Assembly: GCF_963853765.1 (NCBI RefSeq)
Contig: NC_088858.1
Coordinates: 25,110,001 to 25,174,000 of the forward strand
Source of the DNA: Magallana gigas
Lineage: Eukaryota
Direction of reading: 5' to 3'
DNA length: 64,000 nucleotides
Shown here: positions 13,801 through 25,795 of the stretch, piece by piece
How the letters are laid out: each line of letters opens with the position of its first letter
Position numbering within the stretch: position 1 is the first letter of the stretch
Notes under the pieces: generated by a model
Database searches by the model: none
Seen by the model: the letters and a program-made list of their open reading frames with translations, nothing else
Told to the model about the DNA's origin: nothing
Position numbers and translations under genes: made by a program

Positions 13801-16800
13801 AGAGAAATTCATTAGTTGTTGATGCTTTTGGTATTCCTATATGGTAAACAAATATCTTTTCTCTTATTAGTACTTCTAATATTTGTAAAGTTTGGTTATA
13901 ACAAATTAACCCAGATAATGATCCATTGTCATTTCGCCACATTCTTTGTTTATTGACATATTTTGTGTTATATCATGTTTTGGTATGCTTAGGGGTGATG
14001 TATCGACACTGACTATGTCTCAGATTTCGAGAGCAGCATTGGATCAACAAACTTTATCCAGAAAATGTCAAGCCAACTGTTTTGAATCTCAGTCCCTTTC
14101 AACATCAATTGATGCATGCGGTGCGCCAGGTAGTCTTGTGCTTCGAAATTCGTCGACATTTTCTTCGTAAGTATTAGACGTTCATTACATTACTGTAACA
14201 TTACATTACATTACATTACATTACTAGTGTATCATTAATGTCTAATTGATACCTAGCTTGCAAGTTTCTTGGCATACTAATCGATATGGACCAAAAAAGT
14301 TGTGTCTTATGTTGACGATTATTATAGGTCATTTGAAAGCAAATTAAAAAAAATAAAGAAAACAATGTTTAAAAAATCGATTATTTTAGTTTGCGGAAGT
14401 TATTTGGAGACACCATCATATTTCTGTCGGAAGAACCAAGTGAATCTTCGTGGTGTGGTCATCCTGGAAATCCATGCTTGGACTGTTCAAATTACATTCA
14501 AGATGACAATGTTTGCTCTGACAGATATGTTACCCCAGAATTAGCAGAAGTGTTAACTAAATTAGCAAAATTTGTTGAAGCGGAATGGCCAGATCGAAAG
14601 CTCTTGATTTTGGAAGCATGGGATGAAGCTACATCAGCACATCCACTTGGTAGTCATGGTAACCAGTCCTTGTTTTACACCGGAAGAGCAGCAAGAGTTG
14701 CATTGAGTAAAAACTTAACATCAAAAGAACCAGAGACTGATCAAAATACATTCCAGAGGTTTACCCAATTACTGCAATGCTCTGATGCTGATTTCTTTGA
14801 CACATACATGAGAAATTCCGTTCTGGACATTTGTGTTTCTGATGAATCGGCCGCTTTTTTCACGAACACCGAAAACAATAGAAAGAAAAGAGCTATTAAA
14901 TCAAACAACATTGTAAAAACAAATACTTGGAGACAAGAGAAAGATAAATATGATGAACAAATTTCTGGTTTAGGTTTGTGTATATATAAAATTTATTTTT
15001 GTGAAATACATTTAGAAGTACACCCTTCCAGCACACTTCTGTATGATCAGTCCGTTATATAAGATTGCCAATTTCTCTTGCAGTAAGTGTTTCGTCAAGT
15101 GGATCTACCCTAAAAGACTATTTTGGAGGAGGAAAGTATTATCCATCAGGAAAAACTGCGATAGATGTTTGTGGAGAAGCTGAAGATACATATAGTATTG
15201 AAAATCTGGATAAAATGCAAAGGTATTTTTAATTTATTTAAAACGTTAAAACACCACGGTTTTTATTTAACAACACTTTTATATTTTTTCTAATGTGTTT
15301 AAAAATATTGTATTTAGATTGCAATATCATTGTAGTCTTCCAAATAGGTATATAACAGCCAGTTTTGATATTGCTTCGCATTTTAATTGTTTAAAAGACA
15401 AATTCAGTATCCACTGGAAAATGTTGCATTCGAGGCCGAAGGAGCTAAGACCTCCTCATGTGGAGCACCAACGAGAGGCTGTAATCAATGTACTCGTTAC
15501 GTGGATGTAGATAATCCATGGGATTGGTGCCTAACGAGGACTATGACCACAAGGGCTGCAACAAGACTTCATCGCTTAGCCAGACTTGTAGAAGAGGAAA
15601 CAAAGTCAGGTCGGAAATTATTTCTAAAATCTCTATTTTTCGGGGCATTCACGTAGTACACAGCAAAACACAATAACAAACCGATATATTACTTTTACTT
15701 TAAGGCGGTTCAAGTTTAAGTTTGGCGGATGAAGAGTTAGGAATTTGTCGATCAGCTATGGTGATGTACGAAACCCTTGAGACGTGTATAGAAAAAATGC
15801 CGAGCTCTACTACTAATAAAGAATCAAAGTGTGTAAGTAATTGATTTGAAGAATCAAACAAAGAGTATGATTATTTTTCTTTATTTAAGAGAATTGCAGT
15901 TTTTATAAATAACATAGTTCAATTTTTTTTCTTCGAATTTATGTCTTTTTAAGGAAGAAGTCTTTTCTGATTTTCGACTTGTCAAACGTAAATTTCATTA
16001 ATTGTTCATTAAATCAAGAATCAAGAAAATTAAGAAAAGGAAATTAAAATAGTATATTTTTCTTTCTTTTTTACTATCATACAACTTGGCATAGAAAAAG
16101 TAATCAATGTTTAGAATCTAACAAGGTCTATATTTTTGGCGTAATATTGGCGTAGGAAAGTATCGCATGTTTCGCAATTCAGAATTGCTGCAGATAACTG
16201 AGTCTGTTTTGGCATTTTAAAAACAATAACTTTAATGTTGGATTTTTTTACTTATGTGAACTAATGATATGATACTTGGGTTTCAGAAAATTTGATTTGC
16301 CTATCAAATTACATTTTAATAAGCTTTTTAAAGCGCCCATTCTACACTTTGATTTTTATGAAATAATCACTAAAATAAGATTTTCTTTCTTATTAAATGG
16401 TCAATACATTAGCTTTTCTGTCAATTTATTTCTTTGTATAAAGTCTTCATATAAAACAATAATCTTCAAAATTTTAGAAAACTAGAGGAAATGCAGGCTA
16501 ATAAATATCAATTTCAGTATAAATATTTGTTCCAATTCAGTAGTATAAGCTGATAGACATTCTGATGTTCTATCATTTCATTGAAAAATAGAATGTTCAA
16601 ATCTTAAATAAAGATCTACAGAACTACAAAGAGCTACACTTATTTTTATCATCCTTTACGTTGAGGAAAAAGGTAGTGACTTTGACCTGACTTTTATGCA
16701 AAAACAAAAAGGTAAAATTTGATTAATCTGATAGAATCATTTGGTAATATGATCTGTTTGACTGTGTCAAAATTTCATGTATTTCTTATTATAAAAAGTA

Positions 16801-19800
16801 TGTTTGATAACAAGAAGACTCCTTCCTTAAATTAAATGTGAATGCAAAGCTCAGAAGAGATTTTCGTCATTCTGTTTAAAAATGTAAATCATATAATTAA
16901 TACTAATTAAAAGTTTTTTATGCCTCCTATAAAACCTTATTCTTTTTCCTTTGTATATAATCATTCATTTATGTTAGTACGATTGCATGATGGACGCCCG
17001 TTGCTGTTACGGAAACGATAATATTGGCTGCATAAGAAATGAATGTTCCGGAGATGAGAGTTCTAGTGTGTGGACATCAATAGCTTGTTCAGGTATTCAG
17101 TCGTTTCAATAAATACTACCTTGAAAAAAATTGGACAGAAGAACGTTACAACTTCACTTTCACTGTATTTTGCAGCTGTGCTTTTTTTTTGGGGGGGGGG
17201 GGTGAATATTAACAATATAGTTTGAAAATTTGGATACTGACTATGTTTTCGACAAGTATATATTTCTTTTCTTTTTACTTTTTATACAGAACTAAATCCT
17301 TTTTTAAGTGATGTTACCATACCAACAACACCAGGTATATTTTAGACTTTTTATCCCTTTAAAGCATCCCTTAGATATACTTAAGCAGTAAATGTCGTAC
17401 ATATAATTTCATTTGAATTTAATTTCTAGCATGTAACGATGGTGATAGTTCCAAGATGATCCTGTATGGAAATGTATGCGGAGGTAATATTATAATATAC
17501 GATGACTTTTTGATATATGCAATTGTTGATGATGACATTTTTTAGATTAAATAGCGGCATTATCTTTTATTACTTTACAGAACCAGTTTAAAGACAAAAA
17601 TGACTGTAAACAATTGATAATTGATTAGATAATTCCAAAAAATAATTATTTATTGAAAGCATTTGAGAGTAACCTATCGATACTTGGTTAATAAGATACG
17701 TAATATACCCTACGTTAAAAAAAGTTTTCATACATTTTTGTTTTAAGAAAATCGAATTTTAATAGGTCAGTTGGTTCAATTACTTATGCATCATTTATTT
17801 CAATAGGCGATCCTTGCCAATTTTTTACTGGAAAAGAGTATCACCTTTTGTTAAAAGTGGTTCTAATATTCGAAGTCTGTTCTGGCAAATGGGATCAGAC
17901 AAAAATCGACCAAGACATTCGGAATCTGAATACCGGAGAAAGTAATTTGATGACTTTTTTGTCTTCTTGCATGGGTAGTGACAACACAATTCTAAAACTT
18001 CACTACCCTGTTCCAAATGACCCAACAATCGGTAAGTTTTATTTAGATGACTAAATTGCATATCATACAATCTGTAGCCCTTAAGATAAAGTGTGCGTAA
18101 GTCTAAGACATTTTTTAAGTAGGACTTGATACATTCTTCGACTTAAGTCCGCAACTAGGAAGTGCTTATATGAAGCTAGAACAATTTACACAAAACTTAG
18201 ACAGCCTTCGAGAACGACTGTTATTTGTCAAAACAAACAAAAAACAAGAATGGACAAACTGCATCAACCTCAATCGATTGCTTAGTGATATACACAAAGG
18301 TTAGGTACATCTACAATACACTCATTTCACATTGAATTTTGTGTATGCATAGGCGTCGGAACCGGGGGGTGGGGGTGGGGTTCAGTTAGACATAAACCAT
18401 AATGATATTTTTTTTTGTTTTGGGGGTTTGTTTTTGCCTATCAAGATTTCTGACAAGCCCCCCCCCCCTTTTTTAATTTGCTTCCGACGCCACTGCTACA
18501 TGTATGTGCCATAATTAATAAGGTTAAGTACATCTACAATATACCTATGTCACCTTCAATTTTGTGTATATACCATTTAAATGACTTCTAAACCCCCCCC
18601 CCCCCCCACCAACCAATCCAATATCAAAGATACTTACCAGTTGTATCTATATTTAAATTGTATATTAACTTAAATAATTATCACCGATACCATCGAAGTC
18701 GATTAGGAAAATGAACACTTCAGTAATGACTTTTTAACATAAGAATAATGTTGGCTTTATGTTACGGACGAAGTACGTAGGTTCTAAGATTCAGCGTAAG
18801 TTTAAAGTATGACCCTACTTATGTCAAAATCTTGGCATGTTTTGTGTAATGAGCCCCAGACTGACAAAACACTGATTTGTTGTGCACAATTAACTTATTG
18901 AATGTTTAAGTATTTTTAGTCGCTATGTATATTTTTCAATCAGTATCCATTTATTATGCTGTTGCTCATAAATAAGGTTTAAAGATAAAAGTTTAAAAAA
19001 GATTTGATACACAATATTTAAAAGAATGCATGTAAATTACAGGAATAGGGTTTAGCCTTCGTTCATCGGAAAAGAAAGATCTGCTGTTAAAAATTTTACC
19101 AAACCTAGACTATGACCTCATAATGGAAGGCAAGCAATCCTTAACAAAAGAACAAGCACTTTACTTGTATGATGTAAGTTCTGTTATTTCAAATTTAAAA
19201 CAATAGATGTTTGGTATCGTTATTGCTTACTGTTATTCCAATTACTTTATTTTTGCGTTCTATGTCCATTTTTAGAAAACTATGAGGCGATACTACATAA
19301 AGACTATGAACAGCATTGTCCCATTTAAATCATTTATTCACTTGGACACTGCTACAAAAATTGCATTAGTTAATGCAAACTATAGAGGAGAGTTTCCATC
19401 GAAACTAAGGAAAAGGTTTAACACCGCTGTACAGGGTGGTCAGTGGGCTAATGCTGCTAATATTTATCTAAGTCATCCAGATTACAAGAGAAACAAATGT
19501 GATACCACTGGCTATGGGAGTATTTGTACCAGAATGACATGGAATGCGGAGCAGTTTAATAAACTTGCCAAAAAACAAGGTTGTATGATGTTATTATTGT
19601 AACAAATTTTTTGAGTGTTTAATTAAGAATGTATGTATTTACAAAAAACTGATTAACAATTGTTTTTTATATTAGTGAAGGTTTTAAAAAGAGAAAGTTC
19701 TTCGGCTCTTCAAAATGTTGGAAGGTATATACCTTGCATTTCATGTGGATAGTAAAGAGATTTGCTTTTGTAGAAAAAAACATACATGTTATATATTCAA

Positions 19801-22558
19801 AATCCTTCTTTTATTATTGACATTACAGATCGCTCAAATTAACTCTAACTCCTGGAGTGTCTCTGAGCACAAGTACACTTGCTAATCTGGCTGTCATCGC
19901 AGGATTTGATCACGTGACTAAGGAATCGGATCACATCGTGGCAAGTGTTCGACCAGCTAAAGGTGTAAATAGCGTTTTAGTAAACTATCCAAATGTGAAT
20001 ATGCACGAAACCGAACCCCCTGTCGATAACATGGTTGAGTATGAAATTCCAGCAGAGGCAGACTATAGCCTGACTTATCCTTTACTTCTGGATGGATTTA
20101 ATGACTCTATAAGACTTTCGGACTGTTACAAAATAGCTGATTTAAAATCTAATAAATTTAGGTATTTTAGATTCGATCCAACACTTTTAGAATGTATGGA
20201 GGAAGCAAGTAGTCACTACACTGAGTGTATTGCAGTAGAAAGCGGTTCTGGATATCGAGTCAGATCTGAAAACAATAGGAACATTGATAGTAGGCATTCT
20301 GAGGAGAAATGGCGTTTTTCAGTTGGTCAGGCTGTGGAAATTGGTAAAGGCAAAACTCTAGAAGAACTAAAGCTTCTCGGATTAACAGTTATAAGATCAT
20401 GCGTTCAGAATTTGATCCGCAAGAGGTTGATACTTGGAATTGGTGCGCACGAAGACAAACTTTATGTGGACGTACGGGAATCTTCACTAGCAGCGGAGTT
20501 TGTTAAAGTTTGGGAGGATGGATCATCTGACTTGTACACGTATCTTAAAGACATAGAAAACGGCTTCAAAAATGGTAACTAGAGAACATTTTCATAATTT
20601 ACTTCAAAACAAATTCACGAAAGAAAATTTTATTTAAGATATGGGTTTTGTCATTTGGTCATTTAATTGTGTATCCTGTCTAGGAGGTGCTTTTATTGAA
20701 CCAACAAACAAAACACGTGCATGTCAACCTTCACCGCTTGGAAAGAACTCATACTACATCAAATATTCTAATGAAGGGTAAGTGATCGCAAAGTTTTAGT
20801 AATACACTTTTATGAAAATATTTTTTAGAATTGTGTATCATTTAAACATTGACTTATAGAAGATAAAACAATACGCCATTGTCAAAGGCAAAATTTATTT
20901 CTTTTAGATCATGTAGTGCAGATACAGGGTTTTCTTCACTGTGTTCATCAACAAAATCTGAAAGACAAAAAGCTGCCGCAGATCTACTGAAACGTCTAGA
21001 TGAAGTGATAGGAAACGGACCATTAGATAAAGCATCACTTAGAGAAAAAGTCAACAATTGTTTAGTGAATCTGTGCGGAGGATGCATTGGCAAAGGTACA
21101 ATTCATAATCTGGAAAATGCAATTGATTTACAAATCTTTTTTATGAGTTTTGTAAACCAAATACAGACAGAAGGAGATGTAAGTAAAACATAAATCATAC
21201 TGTTATCAAGAACCTAATATTTCATATTTTTCTATTATAAAGGAAAAATCTGGAGGGATAAGACGATAGCGTGTTTTGACTTCGTTACCTACTTTTTGGA
21301 TGGGTCTTCTGTACCATTCCCAAATTTAAGAAATTCTGGAGCATTCTTCAATACAGAGAATACTAAATCTGAAGTTCATTCGTTGGCTTGTCATGATGGA
21401 AGTGCCTGCATTGAAAATGTTCAGCTTCATTCTTTACTTCGTACGAATATTTAACGTTTTAAAATAATAATAAAGATATTTTTTTTTATTTTTAATCCAC
21501 GCACACAAAGATTGTTGAACAACATTTACAAACACCATTCCTAGTTAAACAAATGTCATAATGTTTCTCGCTCTAATTGAATATTTAGTGAAACATTTTT
21601 TATGAATGAAAGTCACAGTTTAATCTATTTCTAAAAACAGCATTGAGAACTTTACTCTAACATGGATAATACTCAAACGATGAATGTTACACATGATATT
21701 GTTATCAAGAAGTATGCAAAGCTGATGCCTGACGAAAAAGTCAATTTTTCAGAGAAAATGATCATGGTAATGATACTATTCCAAAATAAACTAAAAGAGA
21801 TTAGAAATATTTATCATAGGAGCTCCGTCATGCTATAAGGATACAAATATTGTGATACTGATTTTTTTTATTTCAGAAGAAACATTGACGACCAAGTACA
21901 AACCAGACTCATCCCAAACTAACGAAGAACTAGTTTACGATCCAATGGACAATCCCTCCCCATTGCTCAATATTTTAGAACAAGAAATGGCCATGCGTGT
22001 ATCTGGGAACGTTTCAGTTTATATTGAAAACAATGGAGATATCTCAAGGTTGAATCAAATATTAAAGGTATGTAGAATATTAGTCAAAAATGAAAAGTTG
22101 TAAATACCTTGATTGTTTGTAAGTGATGCAAATCAATCGAGAAACGTGCAAACGTTATTAACTTAAAAAATTAAAGCTGAAAAATACACAATCATATAAG
22201 TACGCACAAACTCGCATACCATACACATATAGACAGGTGCATGACGATAAACAGAGCACTTTTAAAACGATTATTATGTTTTCAGATTCTTATGGTCTTC
22301 AACACAAAGGTCACCAATGTTCATTATCATTTGACAAATTCTGTGAGGAAAAACCAAGTTGTGGGTGCTGTTCAACGTAAAATAGAAAGATGGGCGACGT
22401 CGACGTGTCCGGACATCTCCCGTGTAACGGTCGCTCCTTTCACGGTCTCTGAAATATCTCACGAAAGACACAAACGAAGTATAGATAACAGCCAAGACAG
22501 GAATTTCGCAAAGCAACTAAGAAACAATTGGGAATTGGAGTGGCTTTCAAAAACTTAA
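10836..22558 (+). CDS. Gene B: secreted multidomain protein of about 1734 aa (signal peptide, N-terminal region, Hedge 1, split Hedge 2 with inserted GH24-like lysozyme, M15A-like peptidase domain, Cys-rich C-terminus); no HINT, no TM
   Basis: 25 GT-AG exons with consistent phases, total 5205 nt: 10836-11021, 11269-11477, 11601-11897, 12161-12486, 13286-13419, 13500-13573, 13709-13843, 13993-14166, 14390-14967, 15084-15222, 15398-15609, 15705-15832, 16978-17092, 17290-17334, 17430-17483, 17807-18031, 19043-19173, 19276-19579, 19676-19724, 19829-20574, 20684-20777, 20908-21095, 21243-21440, 21877-22067, 22286-22558 (TAA). Confidence 0.88.
14080..14850 (+). other. Hedge (Hedgehog N-terminal signalling, M15-fold) domain 1 of gene B
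   Basis: CGAPGSLVLRNSSTFSSLRKLFGDTIIFLSEE...DRYVTPELAEVLTKLAKFVEAEWPDRKLLILEAWDE...SLFYTGRA aligns by eye with Shh [76 protein letters not shown]. Confidence 0.9.
14183..14223. repeat. (CATTA)n microsatellite
   Basis: cattacattactgtaacattacattacattacattacatta in a gene B intron. Confidence 0.85.
15084..15609 (+). other. Hedge domain 2 of gene B, N-terminal half
   Basis: YPSGKTAIDVCGEA...NVAFEAEG-(Cys-rich insert)-TRTMTTRAATRLHRLARLVEEE matches the Hedgehog IFKDEE..DRLMTxRCKxKLNxLA segment, then breaks off at a phase-1 donor. Confidence 0.75.
17807..19579 (+). other. Phage/T4-type (GH24-like) lysozyme domain of gene B over exons 17807-18031, 19043-19173 and 19276-19579
   Basis: LKLHYPVPNDPTIG|IGFSL...LDYDLIMEGKQSLTKEQALYLYD and ALVNANYRG...AVQGGQWANAANIYL...RMTWNAEQF resemble T4 lysozyme LRLKIYKDTEGYYTIGIG and ALINMVF..MLQQKRWDEAAVNL. 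Confidence 0.7.
18352..18491. mobile_element. Small MITE-like element with G-tract and C-tract arms
   Basis: ggcgtcggaa..G-tract versus C-tract..ttccgacgcc inverted ends, lying between two diverged copies of about 50 bp of ggtta(g/a)gtacatctacaata..attttgtgtat. Confidence 0.55.
19676..19952 (+). other. Hedge domain 2 of gene B, C-terminal half
   Basis: VKVLKRESSSALQNVGR|SLKLTL...LANLAVIAGFDHVTKESDHIVASVR versus Shh [45 protein letters not shown]. Confidence 0.8.
20110..20480 (+). other. Peptidase M15A / M15_3 (YcbK-like) domain of gene B, Zn ligands substituted
   Basis: LSDCYKIADL..FRFDPTLLECMEEA..IAVESGSGYR..N..RFSVGQAVEI..LGIGAHEDKLYVDVR follows the M15A pattern LS.hF..D..L..L..R..SGYR..N..S.H..G.A.D..GIG.Y..HvD.R. 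Confidence 0.65.
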
Positions 22559-23725
22559 TTATATTATCCAATACTAAATTAAAGATATTTCTATTAGAGT
22601 TTATCTTTGGGGATTTGCTAAGCAATTTAGGGGTAGTGTGAAAATTATTTTATTTAACTCTGTTTATTATGTTTTAAATGGAACGATTAAATTGTTTTTA
22701 TATTCCCACAGGGGAAACAAATTAATCCTTTTTTTAAACAATTATAATCTAGCTTTATATGTCAAAATGTCATCTTTAATAAAACTAGTCCTAAGTGCAA
22801 ACCCCTAACAAATCATAATTTTGCATTCGATTTCAGTACTTCATTAGATCTGGTTTACATCATTCTGATATCTACTTCTAACAATTGTTACGTTATAAAA
22901 ACTAATTGGAGTATTACATCAATCATTTTCTGTGATAGTGACTATATCTTTTAATATTTAAAAAGAATCTCAATGCAATATTTTTTTTTTATTTCATCGA
23001 ATAGTTTGTGTATATACTTGACAACATGAATTTATTACGTTTCTTTCGAGTTGCGGACACTGTGAAACTAATGAAATTACTCGATTTCCCACGGATTTGT
23101 GAATATTTCAATCAAAGTTTTCTTTAAAGCTCATAATATTTATTCGTTTGGATTTTTTTTTAAATTCTACATAACGAAAACAAAGTGTGATTACTGATAA
23201 ATTGTTGAAGTGTTGACTATTTAATTTGAATACTTACTTAAATTTTATTATGTTCAAATACATTAAAACAATTATCAGTGCACTACAGTATGATTATTTT
23301 TTGCATGTAACTCAGAATGTTTTTAATCTATTTACACGTGTATGTACTGCTGACAATAGCTAGTACTGTTTTGAAAAAACACTTTTCCATTGATGTGGAG
23401 GACCCTGAGGGGTGTCTTGCATCTAATATTTTTTTTAGTTTTACATAACGAAAGTATGTAGAAAATAGGCGACTATACGTGTTACCAAATTCTGAAATTT
23501 AAAAAAGTGGAAAAGAAATCAAAGAGCATCAATGTAAGTGGATATTGTAAAATTGTCAATTTCAAGAGCAGGAAGATAAGAAAAAATTGTTTTGTCAATC
23601 AAATAAATAGTCAAATACTTGTATATTTTGATGAATAATATTTGAAATTTTAAAAAATTCAACGAATATTGATAAAATCACAATACATGATATTTGCATT
23701 TAAGTCTATTTTACGTTCAGTTTAA

Positions 23726-24435
23726 AGGTCATATGAAACGATTTTTAACACTATGATTTTCTTTCATAAATAAAAAGCTTGGTATAAACAAATGTTAAAA
23801 TACGTGATGTAAGATTTTTTTGCGTTTGCATTACTGAAAAATAACCGTGAAAACTGAGCACCTGAAAAAATTCTTCCCCGCTTATCGTTCTTGATTTTGT
23901 GGATTTATGACGTCACACAGACCCACCGATGTAAACAATGCATCAAAACTAGTGTAATTTTACAGTAGTTTATCGATTAGATTTTAGTAATTTTTGCATC
24001 TATGAACGTGTCTTTCTTTTCAAATGAGATCATTTGATTTCGTAGTAGCCTACAGATGACTTAATTAGTTTCAATTGGTCGTTATAATGAATAAATCTAA
24101 TATCAGCTTCTCACCAGAGTAAAATCATGATGAAGATCCCGTAAATTTAACGAAAGAAATGCTTTAACATTAACAGCTGATTAATGAATTATCCTTATCC
24201 TTTTGAGATAGAAACATCATTTTCTTCTTCTGTACGTATACTGATTGAGCAAATGCAAGGGAGGTAAGCCGCGTAAGTCAATGTTCCTTTTCCCGATTAA
24301 GTGATTTTGATCGACTGTGGCGCTCACATTTTGCATCAAATATTCAAAAAACAATGTCAGTCTTATTAAATAGGCACTTAATAACTCATTCCCGTATATA
24401 ACTGAATATGGTCAGGATATCGTTTCATATGACCT
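23726..24435. mobile_element. Kolobok-like MITE in the B-C intergenic region
   Basis: Perfect 17-bp TIRs AGGTCATATGAAACGAT and ATCGTTTCATATGACCT; left flank TTAA, right flank decayed (aaat). Confidence 0.75.
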
Positions 24436-25795
24436 AAATTTAAGATCTGTCAGCTAAAACAATAAATTTAACTTCTCTTTATCCACGTCAGGTTAAGTAT
24501 TGATCATTTGAGATTAAAAGAAAACACTGATAATCAAGTTGAAATGCAGGATCTTTCACAATCCTAACGTGCTAAAATTAAATGCGTGTCCGGCACGTTG
24601 AACTGCTTATCTTTTTTTGACTTGACTGTATTAACCAGCAGATATTACAAATAAACTTGAGCCGTGATAATGAAGAGTAAACCAAATAATTAAACCTTTT
24701 TGAAATATACAGCAAAGTTTTTATCGGTTGCTGTCTTATTTTCACAAATATGCACAAATCATTCAAACGATTTTCTTTACCTAAAGGGTTTGATAATTTA
24801 TTTAAACAATAAAATGCTCTCTTTGGTGATTCATGCGGAATGTATAATTGGCGACATTGCAGAAAAATGCATAACCCGCGTTAGCAGGTTATGTAAAAAA
24901 AATTCAGCAATGATCGCTACCTTCATAACCTGCATGAATCAACTAAGGAAGCATTTCATTGTTTATATTTACATGTACACCTTTTAACAAATTTATAAAT
25001 TTATTGAATAAAAAGTTAGTTAAATTAACTAAATCACTGTTAATGAACATAAGTAATTTAGCTAAAAGAAACAGCTAAATCTTCTCCTATGAGAATTTGA
25101 GTCTGAAATTATCATGATCATTTCGTGCAGTCTGTGATTTTTCTTAGGTTTTGACCATAATAAACGGGGTATGTAGATTTTAGTCCCATAAAATTATAAA
25201 ACTATAAAGCAACAATAATTTTCCACATGAAGTCGAGGGAATCATAGATGTAAATATAATACGTTGATTGTTGTTTATGTTTATATCCGTGTATTGCTGA
25301 ACTATTCAAAGGCCAACTGGAATGGGAATACGGTCAAGTAAAATTTTACACAAAATTATAATTTATGATAAAATGATTTTTTAAGATTTCATTAGTCAAT
25401 AGATCGGTAGTACCCAGTCCCTATTGTTAGAATACATGTCGATCGTAAACCTAATCAATAAACGGAAACTATAACGAAATGACATATTTTATTCTAAAAA
25501 AATTAAGGAAAGAATGAAATAAACCATTCTGCAATGTACACTTTAAAAATACATAGTTTATGATTCAAAAAACGTTTTGGTTATATTAAATATGTGTGTT
25601 TCATTGGACATGTAATAATTGACACAATGAAAGTAAGACAAATATACAAAATAATTTTGGCATTATATACATTAAACATCATTTTTTGATAGATTTCTTT
25701 TCCGTTTCATTTTGCACCATTTTAGTAACTTTTGAAGTTCACCTACACAGAATCATTTCCACAATAACTTGTGCAAATATCGTGTTTAGTGTGAT

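Noticed and set aside
13993-14967. Gene B as a canonical hedgehog (hh/shh) gene
   Set aside because: No HINT domain, no N-terminal CGPG after the signal peptide, Zn ligands substituted and many extra domains, so no gene symbol was assigned.
21641-21766. Possible extra gene B exon with AG and GT borders
   Set aside because: Stops in all three frames after the acceptor; 21440 joins 21877 in phase.
10836-22558. Bacterial or phage contamination explaining the lysozyme and M15 domains
   Set aside because: The lysozyme is split by spliceosomal introns, and both domains are in frame within an intron-rich animal gene; any horizontal transfer would be ancient.
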